64,000 nt of DNA from a virus (lineage: Duplodnaviria; Caudoviricetes), in IMG/VR virus record IMGVR_UViG_3300029305_005280. One strand, given 5' to 3'. A program made the translations under genes and the position numbers. This document shows positions 50,241 through 59,482 of the stretch, piece by piece. The notes below the pieces were generated by a model. The model was not told where the DNA came from. It saw only the letters and a list, made by a program, of their open reading frames with translations, and did no database searches. Positions within the stretch are counted from its first letter, which is position 1. Every line of letters starts with the position of its first letter.

Positions 50241-52148
50241 ATGTCTATTCGTGATACATTTTTTGACGCAAAAGCGGTTGGAGCATTATGGGACGTTGCC
50301 GTTTCACTTAAGAGAGGTAACCCACTTCCTATTGATGCAGATTCCGTATTTGAAAGCGAAGCAAAATTAGTTGAATATATTGGTGATAAAATCACAACTG
50401 TTGCTTATCCTGGTCAAGTGGTTGCAGTTGTTAATGCTGATTCAACACAAATCTATTATATTGACCAGAATCTTGATTACCACGAAGTTGGTTCTAAACT
50501 AACAGCCGATGGTAAGTCAATCAAAGTTGATAACAATGTTCTTAAACTTGTCGGTTTCGATGAGGCAGCTGATGGTTTATTAGCACAAGTAAAAGTTGAT
50601 ACCGAAGGTAATAGAACACTTAACTGGGTAAGCATTGAAACAATTGCACAAGGTGACGGTAATACAACTTATACCTTTACTGGACTAGATAAAGAGTCAA
50701 ATGTTTCATTCACAGTTAAAGCATCAGACACAGAAGAAGCAACAACCATTTATATTAACGCTTACACAAGAGAAGAAGTAGATAATATAGTTGGTAAGGC
50801 TTCCACAGAAACCGACGCAGCGACTGGATTACATAAAGTAATCGAAGATGCAAAGGCAGCTGCTATTGAAGAGGCAACCTATGACGACACTGCATTAAGT
50901 GGTAGAGTAGAAACTCTTGAGAATGCAGGATATCAGATTGCTTCTGATGTTAACACAGCAATTACTAATGCATTAACTAATTACTACAATAAAACATATA
51001 TTGATGAACTTGAGACTGAATTAGACGGAAAGATTAGTTCTATTCCTAAGTTCGCAATTCAAGTTGTAAACGAACTTCCTGCTACTGATATTAGTTACAC
51101 AACTGTATACCTTGTGACTCACGATGATGAAACAACATCAGATATCTACGATGAATATATCTATGTAAAAGTTGATGATGAGACATCCAAGTGGGAACTT
51201 CTCGGTAGACAAAAACTTGACTTAACTGGTTATGCTACTGAGACATTTGTAGCTAACGAAATTGCAAAACTTTCAGCAGAAGGTGGAGCAATCAAAACAG
51301 TTGCTGATGAATTAGATACTTTAGAGGATTCACACAATCAATTAGTTGAAGGTGTTGAAGCAATCGAACAAGATGTTGCTGATTTAAAAGCAATTGACCA
51401 CGACAAGATTGTTTCTGATGCAATTGCTGAGCATAATGCTGACAAGTCACATTTAACTGCTGATGAGGTTGATGCACAAATTGATGCAAAATTAACAACA
51501 GCAGATTATGAAACAAAAATTAGCACTGCAAAGCAAGAAGCAATTGATGAGGCGGCAGAAGCCGTTCCTGTTAAAACTGTAAGTGAAGAATTTACTTTAA
51601 CAGAAGGTAACCTTGAAGTTAAAGAAATTGCACAAGAGAAGATTATAGGTCTTGCAGATGCATTTAGTGCAGTTAATAAGAGTGTTTCTGATGTTTCAAC
51701 TTATGTTGGTACTATTCCTTCAACATACACTGAGACAAATGTTATCGCATATATCAATAAGAAAGCAGAAGAAACTCTTAACGCAGCAAGTGGTGGCTCT
51801 TCAGAAAGTGCAGCATCAGTTCTTGCAGCGTTAAATACTTATAAGTCAGAGAATGACCCTAAAGTTAATAAAAACACCGAAGACATTGCAACTATTTTTG
51901 CTGCACTTGACAATAAACTCGAGGGTGTTAAAATCAATGGAGTTGCTCTTGCAATAACTGATAAGATTGTTGACATTCCTGCAGCAACAACAGATAAATT
52001 TGGTGTTGTTAAACTTGGAGATGAATTCCAAACAAATGAAGAAACAGGTGCTCTTGAAGTTAAAGAGCTCAATGTTAATAAGTTAATCCAAACTGAGGGT
52101 GATGTTCTTATCCTTGATGGTGGGTTAGCAACTGGTCTTAGCGTTTAA
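50241..52148 (+). CDS. Tail fibre protein
   Basis: PLPIDA N-domain, YDEYIYV..WELLG knob, coiled coils, C-terminal LILDGG. Confidence 0.75.
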   Translation: MSIRDTFFDAKAVGALWDVAVSLKRGNPLPIDADSVFESEAKLVEYIGDKITTVAYPGQVVAVVNADSTQIYYIDQNLDYHEVGSKLTADGKSIKVDNNVLKLVGFDEAADGLLAQVKVDTEGNRTLNWVSIETIAQGDGNTTYTFTGLDKESNVSFTVKASDTEEATTIYINAYTREEVDNIVGKASTETDAATGLHKVIEDAKAAAIEEATYDDTALSGRVETLENAGYQIASDVNTAITNALTNYYNKTYIDELETELDGKISSIPKFAIQVVNELPATDISYTTVYLVTHDDETTSDIYDEYIYVKVDDETSKWELLGRQKLDLTGYATETFVANEIAKLSAEGGAIKTVADELDTLEDSHNQLVEGVEAIEQDVADLKAIDHDKIVSDAIAEHNADKSHLTADEVDAQIDAKLTTADYETKISTAKQEAIDEAAEAVPVKTVSEEFTLTEGNLEVKEIAQEKIIGLADAFSAVNKSVSDVSTYVGTIPSTYTETNVIAYINKKAEETLNAASGGSSESAASVLAALNTYKSENDPKVNKNTEDIATIFAALDNKLEGVKINGVALAITDKIVDIPAATTDKFGVVKLGDEFQTNEETGALEVKELNVNKLIQTEGDVLILDGGLATGLSV

Positions 52149-52180
52149 TCTTTATTTAATATTGAAAGGAAATAAACATA

Positions 52181-53443
52181 ATGGCTGAAAAGAAAATTAC
52201 TACACGTATAGTGCTTACTCATGACGAGTATGCAAATCTTGCCTCTAAAACCTTAAAAGAGGGTGAGGCAATTCTTGCCAAAGTTGGCACAACTCAAGCT
52301 CCGGGTGAAGTTGCCCAACCTATCTGGATGATGAAAATCGGAGATGGAACTAGTACTGTTGAAAATTGCCCTTGGTTAGTTGCTCCTGCAGCTGATGTAT
52401 ATGATTGGGCAAAGCAAGAAAATCTTTCTGCAGATGATGTTCCTACCCTTGAAATTTCAAAAATCAATGGTTTACAAGATGCACTTGATGCTATAAATGA
52501 TGAACTTGATAATCATACACACGTAGCAGCTGACGTTACTGATTTCGATAATTCAGTTAAAACAGTTGTTAATGGTATGGGTATTGCAACAAGTGATACT
52601 GTTACCGCTCTTGGTACAAGAGTAACAACTGCAGAAGGTAAAATTACAACTCTTGAGACTGCAGTTAACACAACTCTTCCTGCAGCTATTAGCGAAAAAG
52701 TTGCACAGGACGCATACGATACAAAGGTTGCAGCATTAGAACAAGCAGATACTGACGAAGCGGCCGCAAGAGAAGCACTTGCAGGCAGAGTTGCAACACT
52801 TGAAGGCATTGACCACACAGTTTATGCAAAAACTTCGGACGTAAATGCTGCACTTGAAGACAAAGTTGATGCTGATACTTATGCAACTGATAAGGCAGCT
52901 CTTGAAGCAGCTGATGCTGATTTAGATACTGCAGTTAAAGCAGCTCAAGCAGATGCAACTGCAGCAAAAAATGCTATTGAAGCATTCTTAGATGAAAATG
53001 CAGCTACTGACGATGTTGTTAATACATTGAAAGAAATTCAAGCAGGATTAGATGCAGGTGAAGCAAGTGCAGCTTCTCTACTTGCAGAAGTCAACAAAAT
53101 CAAAGATGGCACCACAATAGTTCCTAAGGCAACTGATGCTGATACCGTTGATGGTAAACATGCTGCTGACTTTGCAGAAGCAGGTCACACTCATGTAGTT
53201 GCTGATATTACAGATTATGCAACTGATGTAGCTGCTAAAATCAAAGTTGAGACTGATGCTCGCACAGAGGCAGTTGAAGACTTACAAGGTCAGATTGACG
53301 ATGTAAAAGCAACAGCTGACACAGCATTACAATCAATTACAACTACTGCAAATGGTGGTTTAAAAGTTACCGGAACAAATCAAATTGATATTGATGACAG
53401 TATCGTATTTGTTCTTGATGGTGGCACAGCAGCAAATCTTTAA
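52181..53443 (+). CDS. Tail fibre protein
   Basis: KIGDG N-domain, HTHV.ADITD repeats, coiled coil, C-terminal FVLDGG. Confidence 0.75.
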   Translation: MAEKKITTRIVLTHDEYANLASKTLKEGEAILAKVGTTQAPGEVAQPIWMMKIGDGTSTVENCPWLVAPAADVYDWAKQENLSADDVPTLEISKINGLQDALDAINDELDNHTHVAADVTDFDNSVKTVVNGMGIATSDTVTALGTRVTTAEGKITTLETAVNTTLPAAISEKVAQDAYDTKVAALEQADTDEAAAREALAGRVATLEGIDHTVYAKTSDVNAALEDKVDADTYATDKAALEAADADLDTAVKAAQADATAAKNAIEAFLDENAATDDVVNTLKEIQAGLDAGEASAASLLAEVNKIKDGTTIVPKATDADTVDGKHAADFAEAGHTHVVADITDYATDVAAKIKVETDARTEAVEDLQGQIDDVKATADTALQSITTTANGGLKVTGTNQIDIDDSIVFVLDGGTAANL

Positions 53444-53647
53444 TCTTAAAGATTGAATAATATGATAGCAGGGTTAGAAATAGCCCTGCTATTTTTTATG
53501 TCACTGTTAGATATCATTAAATTATTGTATTTAATAATGAATATGAATAGTAAGTATGATAATCCAGTTTGTATGTGTTGTTAAACTTTGATGCACTGGT
53601 TGTTATTACATATAATATAATTTTATAAGTAAGGAGATAAAACATAG

Positions 53648-56080
53648 ATGGCCATTGAATATAAGCCAATTCGTTGGATAAATAATCAGACAAGACTCAA
53701 TGCTAAAAACATGAATGATATCAGTGGCGCCATTGATGAGATTGTTTATGTTCTTGACGGTGACAATAACAACGGTTTAATCAATCAAGTTGACAAACAT
53801 GAAATTGAAATCTATGGGGATGGCATAGAGAATCATGGTATCAATACTCTTATCTCACAGTTAGGCAGAGCGGTTCTAACACCTAACTTCGATAATAGAG
53901 ATAATAAACCTTATAGTTTTGATACTATTCATGAGCACGAAATTAGACTACCTGTTGTTAAGAATTATGGGTGGGCAGATACAAGCGATGGTTCAACCAA
54001 TTTTACTTCAACAAGTAATTCGTTAGCTTCATTGTTAGGCACTGACACACGAAATGGCCTAATTGATATTTTAGCTGAACACATTTGTTGGAGTTATGAA
54101 CAATTTAGACAGATTGGTAATGTATATCGTCCAACCAGTATTCAGTTTGCTACAGGACAATCTATTACAACAGATAATGTTGGTAATATATCTGTAAATG
54201 TTTCAGGAAAATTTGGTGTTACATCAAAAACATTAACTTATACATCATCAGATGGTACAAAGGTTCTTAATCATTCAGGAGATACTTTTAGTATCTTTGA
54301 TAATAATGTTATTATCAAAAATGATGGTTCAATTGATACAACTGGTGGAGCAATCAACACTCAAGGTGGTTCAATATCTTGTGGTGACATCAGAGCACAA
54401 CAGATTGATTCAAATAGTATTATTCCAAATCTTAATAATGAATACAATCTTGGTTCCGATGATAAACGTTGGGCTAATATTACATCATTGAATGGTGCAA
54501 TTGATACACTAAGAGCTATTGATTTAACTGCTAATACATTAAGTGGTGTAACATTAAAGGGAAGTATTGTTCCCGATAGAACAAATACTTATGCCCTAGG
54601 TGCAAGCGATAAAGTATTCAAAACAGGTTACTTTAATCTAATCAAAGCTACTGACATTGAGGCAAGCAACAACATTAAATCAAAAACAGTTGTTGTTACT
54701 GAATCAATTGAAGCACCTGATGCAAATATTACTAATATTGAAAATGAAACATTGAGTTCAGCAACAGCTGATATTGTTAATCTATCAGTAGAAGCAGAGG
54801 AAGTTGCAGAAAGTGATATTGAAGCATTAAGAGTTAGTGTTTCAGCTGATGTTGGAACAGATGACGCACCTATTCAAGGTATAAATCAGTCGTCAGTAGT
54901 TGTTTATAAGACTTTGAAAGACGAAGAGGCACGAGCTCTTGCAGCAGAAAAAGTTCTAACGGATAATCTTGCAAAAGAAGTTCAAGATAGAATAGATGAT
55001 GTTGATGCTGAGCAAGAAAGAGCTGAAGCAGCTGAGTTGAAATTAACTAATGACTTAGCAAATGAAACAGCAAATAGGATTGCGGCAGATAATACACTAA
55101 CTAATTCTTTAAACACAGAAATAAACAATCGTACAACAGCAGATAATCAGATTGTTGCCGCTTATAAAAAAGCTGACTCAGATTTAGAAACAAAAATAAT
55201 TGGTAATGCTGATGATACTGTTGAAGATAATACATTAAATGGTGTTATTAACTATGCAGTTGCTGAAGATGAAAAAATTACAGCGGCATATACTGCAAAA
55301 GATGCAGAGTTGCAAACAGACATTGATGCAATCAACTTAGCACTAAGTTATCTTGCAGATAAAGATGTTATTACAACTGAACCTAGTTTTAGATTTAGTT
55401 CCTCTAATGTTACAACAGTTGAGGTAGGCACAAATATTATACCAAACTTCAATATTACATTTGATGATGGTACATATGAATATGGTCCTGACCCAACCGG
55501 TAGTGAAGCTTCAGGATATGAAGTTACTTTCAATGGTGAATCTTTAAAAACATCTTCGGGAACATTTACTACAGTTCATGTTACTGATTCTACTTCATTG
55601 ACATTGTCAGCAAAATGTACTTATACTGATGGTGATACACCAAAGAATAATCTGGGGCTTGATTATGTTGCAGGAAAGATTGTTGGAGCAACAAAAACCA
55701 TCACAAAAACACTTAAAGGTTATAGACAAGCATTTGCTGGTGGTAGTGAATCAAAAAGTGTTTCTGTTTCAAGTTTGGTATCATCAGATGTTAGAGCTCT
55801 GGTTGCAAAAGGAAATGGTAAAAAGACATTTGATGTGGCAATTGATGCAACAGATATCAGAGTACTTATTGCTTTCCCATCAAGTTGGGGTTCATTAAAA
55901 AGTGTACTCGATGTTAATGACTCAAGTAAAAACATTGTTTCTGCATTTGGTTCCGCTGTCACAGTTAGTGTTAGTGGTGCAACAGCAAATGAAGATATGA
56001 TGGATTATAAACTATATGTTATGGATTTTGCTAGTGTTTATGGCGGCGAAGGAAATACATATAAGGTAACAATAGGTTAA
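53648..56080 (+). CDS. Tail fibre/spike protein
   Basis: IIP....YNLGS....W repeats, E..R..AD coiled-coil repeats; C-terminus homologous to that of 48780..50225. Confidence 0.75.
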   Translation: MAIEYKPIRWINNQTRLNAKNMNDISGAIDEIVYVLDGDNNNGLINQVDKHEIEIYGDGIENHGINTLISQLGRAVLTPNFDNRDNKPYSFDTIHEHEIRLPVVKNYGWADTSDGSTNFTSTSNSLASLLGTDTRNGLIDILAEHICWSYEQFRQIGNVYRPTSIQFATGQSITTDNVGNISVNVSGKFGVTSKTLTYTSSDGTKVLNHSGDTFSIFDNNVIIKNDGSIDTTGGAINTQGGSISCGDIRAQQIDSNSIIPNLNNEYNLGSDDKRWANITSLNGAIDTLRAIDLTANTLSGVTLKGSIVPDRTNTYALGASDKVFKTGYFNLIKATDIEASNNIKSKTVVVTESIEAPDANITNIENETLSSATADIVNLSVEAEEVAESDIEALRVSVSADVGTDDAPIQGINQSSVVVYKTLKDEEARALAAEKVLTDNLAKEVQDRIDDVDAEQERAEAAELKLTNDLANETANRIAADNTLTNSLNTEINNRTTADNQIVAAYKKADSDLETKIIGNADDTVEDNTLNGVINYAVAEDEKITAAYTAKDAELQTDIDAINLALSYLADKDVITTEPSFRFSSSNVTTVEVGTNIIPNFNITFDDGTYEYGPDPTGSEASGYEVTFNGESLKTSSGTFTTVHVTDSTSLTLSAKCTYTDGDTPKNNLGLDYVAGKIVGATKTITKTLKGYRQAFAGGSESKSVSVSSLVSSDVRALVAKGNGKKTFDVAIDATDIRVLIAFPSSWGSLKSVLDVNDSSKNIVSAFGSAVTVSVSGATANEDMMDYKLYVMDFASVYGGEGNTYKVTIG

Positions 56081-56093
56081 GGGGGATAAATAA

Positions 56094-56456
56094 ATGTTAG
56101 TAGATAATATATCACAAGCAATTACAAACCCTGCTAAGACCTCTGTATCACCCTTAGCAACATCTGCTTTTCCTATTGATGCAAGAACTTATTTTGAATC
56201 ATATGAAGATGCAGTAGCTGTCGCTTCTTTAGCAGAACAGCAAGGTTCAAAAAATACAATTTATTATTTTGGTATGAGTCTTGTAGTTTATGAAAATGAT
56301 GAGGCACAAGAGTATATCATTGTTAAAGATAAAGATACAGGCAAAGGTATTCTAAAAGAAAAAATAATTCAAGATAGTATAAGTTCTTTTATACTTGATG
56401 GTGGCAATGCTGCACAAGCGGAAGCCGAGTATAAAGCACTTAATAGTATAGAATAA
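56094..56456 (+). CDS. Fibre adaptor protein
   Basis: FPIDARTYFES domain homologous to the 50241 N-terminus; FILDGG. Confidence 0.65.
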   Translation: MLVDNISQAITNPAKTSVSPLATSAFPIDARTYFESYEDAVAVASLAEQQGSKNTIYYFGMSLVVYENDEAQEYIIVKDKDTGKGILKEKIIQDSISSFILDGGNAAQAEAEYKALNSIE

Positions 56457-56531
56457 TGATAACAAGCTGAGCTGAAATTGATGCTCAGCTTTGTTTCCAA
56501 AATTTGAAAGTGATAATTTAAGGAGACAAAA

Positions 56532-57197
56532 ATGGCAATTGAAAAGAAAATTACAGGCGTAATGGTACCTCGTCACGATACAGCACTTAACTGGAGTAAA
56601 GCAGTTAATTTTGTTCCTAAACAAAGTGAGCTAGTTGTTTATGATATAGATACAACAACTTACAATGGTTCAGGAACTGCAACAAACAAGGATGGTACCA
56701 CTTCAAGTTTCACATATGAATCGTCAACTACAACAAGATTCAAGTTTGGTGATGGTATACATAATATCAATGTACTACCCTTTGCAACAACTGAAGTTAA
56801 TCTTGATGGTTATGCAACTGAAGATTATGTTGCTACATATGTTGCAGAGCATACTGGAGATGTTGATTTAAGCGACTATCAGAATAAATTTGCAACAAAG
56901 GTTGACGATAATAATTACACATTAGACAACAATGTTACTTTCAAACCAACTGATGAAACTGCACAGGTACTAGCACTTAAAGGATTAGTTACTCCTGTGG
57001 ACGCTAATGATGCAGTTAATAAAAAATATGTTGATGATATTGTTGTTGCTATCAATGAAGCATTAGAACAGATTATCTATGGTGACAATATGTCCGCATT
57101 ACAAGATAACACTGGTGATAATATTCTTGATATAACTGAAAGACAGATTTATACTTTAGAAGGAGCAGAAACAGAAATTGTAAGGAGTGAAGTATAA
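56532..57197 (+). CDS. Short tail fibre protein
   Basis: RHDT..NW....FVPK..E...KFGDG N-domain; DAVNKKYVD motif. Confidence 0.7.
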   Translation: MAIEKKITGVMVPRHDTALNWSKAVNFVPKQSELVVYDIDTTTYNGSGTATNKDGTTSSFTYESSTTTRFKFGDGIHNINVLPFATTEVNLDGYATEDYVATYVAEHTGDVDLSDYQNKFATKVDDNNYTLDNNVTFKPTDETAQVLALKGLVTPVDANDAVNKKYVDDIVVAINEALEQIIYGDNMSALQDNTGDNILDITERQIYTLEGAETEIVRSEV

Positions 57198-59299
57198 TGA
57201 AATATTCTTCTTCAAACAAACCTCTTGTATGTATGCAAACACAGAGTACTTGCTATAAAGGTACTACAACAATGACACCAAGAGGTGTTTTATGGCACGG
57301 AACTGGTGCCAATAACCCTACACTAAAAAGATATGTTCAACCATCTGACGTTAAACCTGCAGCAGATACATATATGAAAGAAAAGTGGTTGCAAGTTCTT
57401 GGTAAGAACGCTTACAATAACGACTGGAACCATATTGAAAGACAAGCCGGTTTAAATGCTTGGATTGGTAAACTTGCTGATGGAACTGTCACTAGTATTC
57501 AAACAATGCCTTGGAATTACAAACCTTGGGGCTGTGGTAGTGGTAGCAAAGGTTCTTGTAACAATGGTTGGATGCAATTTGAGATATGCGAAGATGGTTT
57601 AACAGATAAAACCTACTTCAATGCAGTATACAAAGAGGCTTGTGAGTTAACTGCTTATTATCTTAAAATGTATAACTTAGACCCTAAAGGCACTGTTACT
57701 TACAATGGTGTCAAAGTTCCAACAATTTTATGCCACCAAGATGCATATAAACTTGGTTTAGGTTCTAATCATGGTGATGTTTATAACTGGTTTAATAAAC
57801 ACGGAAAAACAATGGACGATGTTAGAAACGATGTTGCTAAGTTGATGAATTCAACACCTGCAGTTACACCAACAACTGTTAAAACTTATAAAGTTGTTAC
57901 ACCTTTGAATAGATATAGTACTGCTGCTGATGCAAAGGCAAAAGTAAATGCAAAACAAGATAAACTTGCAGTAGGCACATATTATATTTATAACAAATAT
58001 CCTGACGGTGTTAATGGCATGTATAACATCAGTAATGACAAAACAGGAAATTCAGCAGGAAGCTGGATAAATCCTGCAGAAAATGTTGTACCTAAACAAG
58101 AAGAGTCGGTACAAAAATTGTACAGAGTTAGAACAACTTGGGCTGATGCAAAATCACAAAAAGGAGCGTTTAGCTCACTTGATAATGCAAAAGATTGTTG
58201 TCAAGCAGCAGGAGCAGGATATCACGTATTTGATTGGAATGGCAAGGTTGTTTACTCCTATGTAGCGCCTGTTGCTGTAACCCTGAGTAATATAGCAGTA
58301 ACGACACAACCAAGCAAACTTGTGTATACGGTAGGCGATTCCTTTGATTCAAATGGAATGGTAGTTACTGCAACATATTCAGACAAGAGCACAAAAGCTG
58401 TTACAGGATATACAACAAGTGGATTTAATTCATCAAAAGCAGGGACTGTTACAATAACTGTTACTTTTGAAAAGAAAACCGCAACATTTACAGTTACAAT
58501 CAAAGACAAAGAACAACCGGTTACTCCGGTAACACCTACTGCAGTTTATGATTTAGATTATCCCGTTAAAACAAAAATTGTTGACACAGCAGTAAAGCGT
58601 ACTAATAATGATTGTGTAAAAGCAATTAAGTACATACTTGCAAACAATTTTGCATTTGATATTGAAATTGCAAAAACATTCTTTAATCTTGCTCCAAGAT
58701 ATGGTATTGACCCTGTTATGGCAATATCGCAATCTATTCTAGAGACAGGTTGGTTTAAATATCAAGGCTCTGCGGTAAAAGCAGAACAACATAATTATTG
58801 TGGTTTGGGTGTTACATCGAATGGGGTAACAGGTGGTTCCTTTAGCACTATTGCAGAGGGTGTTACTGCCCAGTTGCAACATTTGTTTGCTTATGGTAGT
58901 AAAAATACCTTACCAGATAATGAAGCCATTGTAGACCCAAGATTTAAGTATGTTACAAGAGGTATTGCAACTTACTGGCAACAGTTAGCAGGTAGATGGG
59001 CTGTTCCCGGATATGATAAGAACACATATTCAACTCCCGAAGCAGCAATGAAAGCTGAAAATACTTATGGGCAAAAAATTCTTAGACTTGCAAATGGATT
59101 ACTTGCAACAAGTATCACAGATGCAGATATTGAAAAGTATTTTCCGACACACGTTGAACCTGAACCAACTCCTATTACACCCGTTGAACCTGATACTGAT
59201 GATACCAAAATTGACACCGATAAGGTTAACACAATAATGGCATTGTTAGAAAAATTATTGAACTTCTTTATTAAACTTTTTGGAATAAACAAAGAGTAA
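57197..59299 (+). CDS. Multidomain endolysin: amidase_2 + bacterial Ig-like + glucosaminidase
   Basis: WHGTGANN, QFEICED, ILCH, SNHGD; P.KLVY.VG..FD..GMVVTATY; SQSILETGW, HNYCGLG. Confidence 0.88.
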   Translation: MKYSSSNKPLVCMQTQSTCYKGTTTMTPRGVLWHGTGANNPTLKRYVQPSDVKPAADTYMKEKWLQVLGKNAYNNDWNHIERQAGLNAWIGKLADGTVTSIQTMPWNYKPWGCGSGSKGSCNNGWMQFEICEDGLTDKTYFNAVYKEACELTAYYLKMYNLDPKGTVTYNGVKVPTILCHQDAYKLGLGSNHGDVYNWFNKHGKTMDDVRNDVAKLMNSTPAVTPTTVKTYKVVTPLNRYSTAADAKAKVNAKQDKLAVGTYYIYNKYPDGVNGMYNISNDKTGNSAGSWINPAENVVPKQEESVQKLYRVRTTWADAKSQKGAFSSLDNAKDCCQAAGAGYHVFDWNGKVVYSYVAPVAVTLSNIAVTTQPSKLVYTVGDSFDSNGMVVTATYSDKSTKAVTGYTTSGFNSSKAGTVTITVTFEKKTATFTVTIKDKEQPVTPVTPTAVYDLDYPVKTKIVDTAVKRTNNDCVKAIKYILANNFAFDIEIAKTFFNLAPRYGIDPVMAISQSILETGWFKYQGSAVKAEQHNYCGLGVTSNGVTGGSFSTIAEGVTAQLQHLFAYGSKNTLPDNEAIVDPRFKYVTRGIATYWQQLAGRWAVPGYDKNTYSTPEAAMKAENTYGQKILRLANGLLATSITDADIEKYFPTHVEPEPTPITPVEPDTDDTKIDTDKVNTIMALLEKLLNFFIKLFGINKE

Positions 59300-59482
59300 A
59301 GATAGTTTAAACTATATGATTTATAAAGCAGCGCTAACAAATAGCGCTGCTTTATTTTTATTATTTTATTGAAACAAATTAACTGCAACCCCGCATTTTT
59401 TGGTAAATTTTTGAAACCGACGAACGTTGTATGTATATGTGTATTCCTTATTTATATTATAGAAAGGATAGATATACATATA

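Noticed and set aside
59369-59482. N-terminal extension of the 1008-aa ORF from TTG 59369
   Set aside because: It starts just after a terminator with no SD; the SD GAAAGGA supports ATG 59483 instead.
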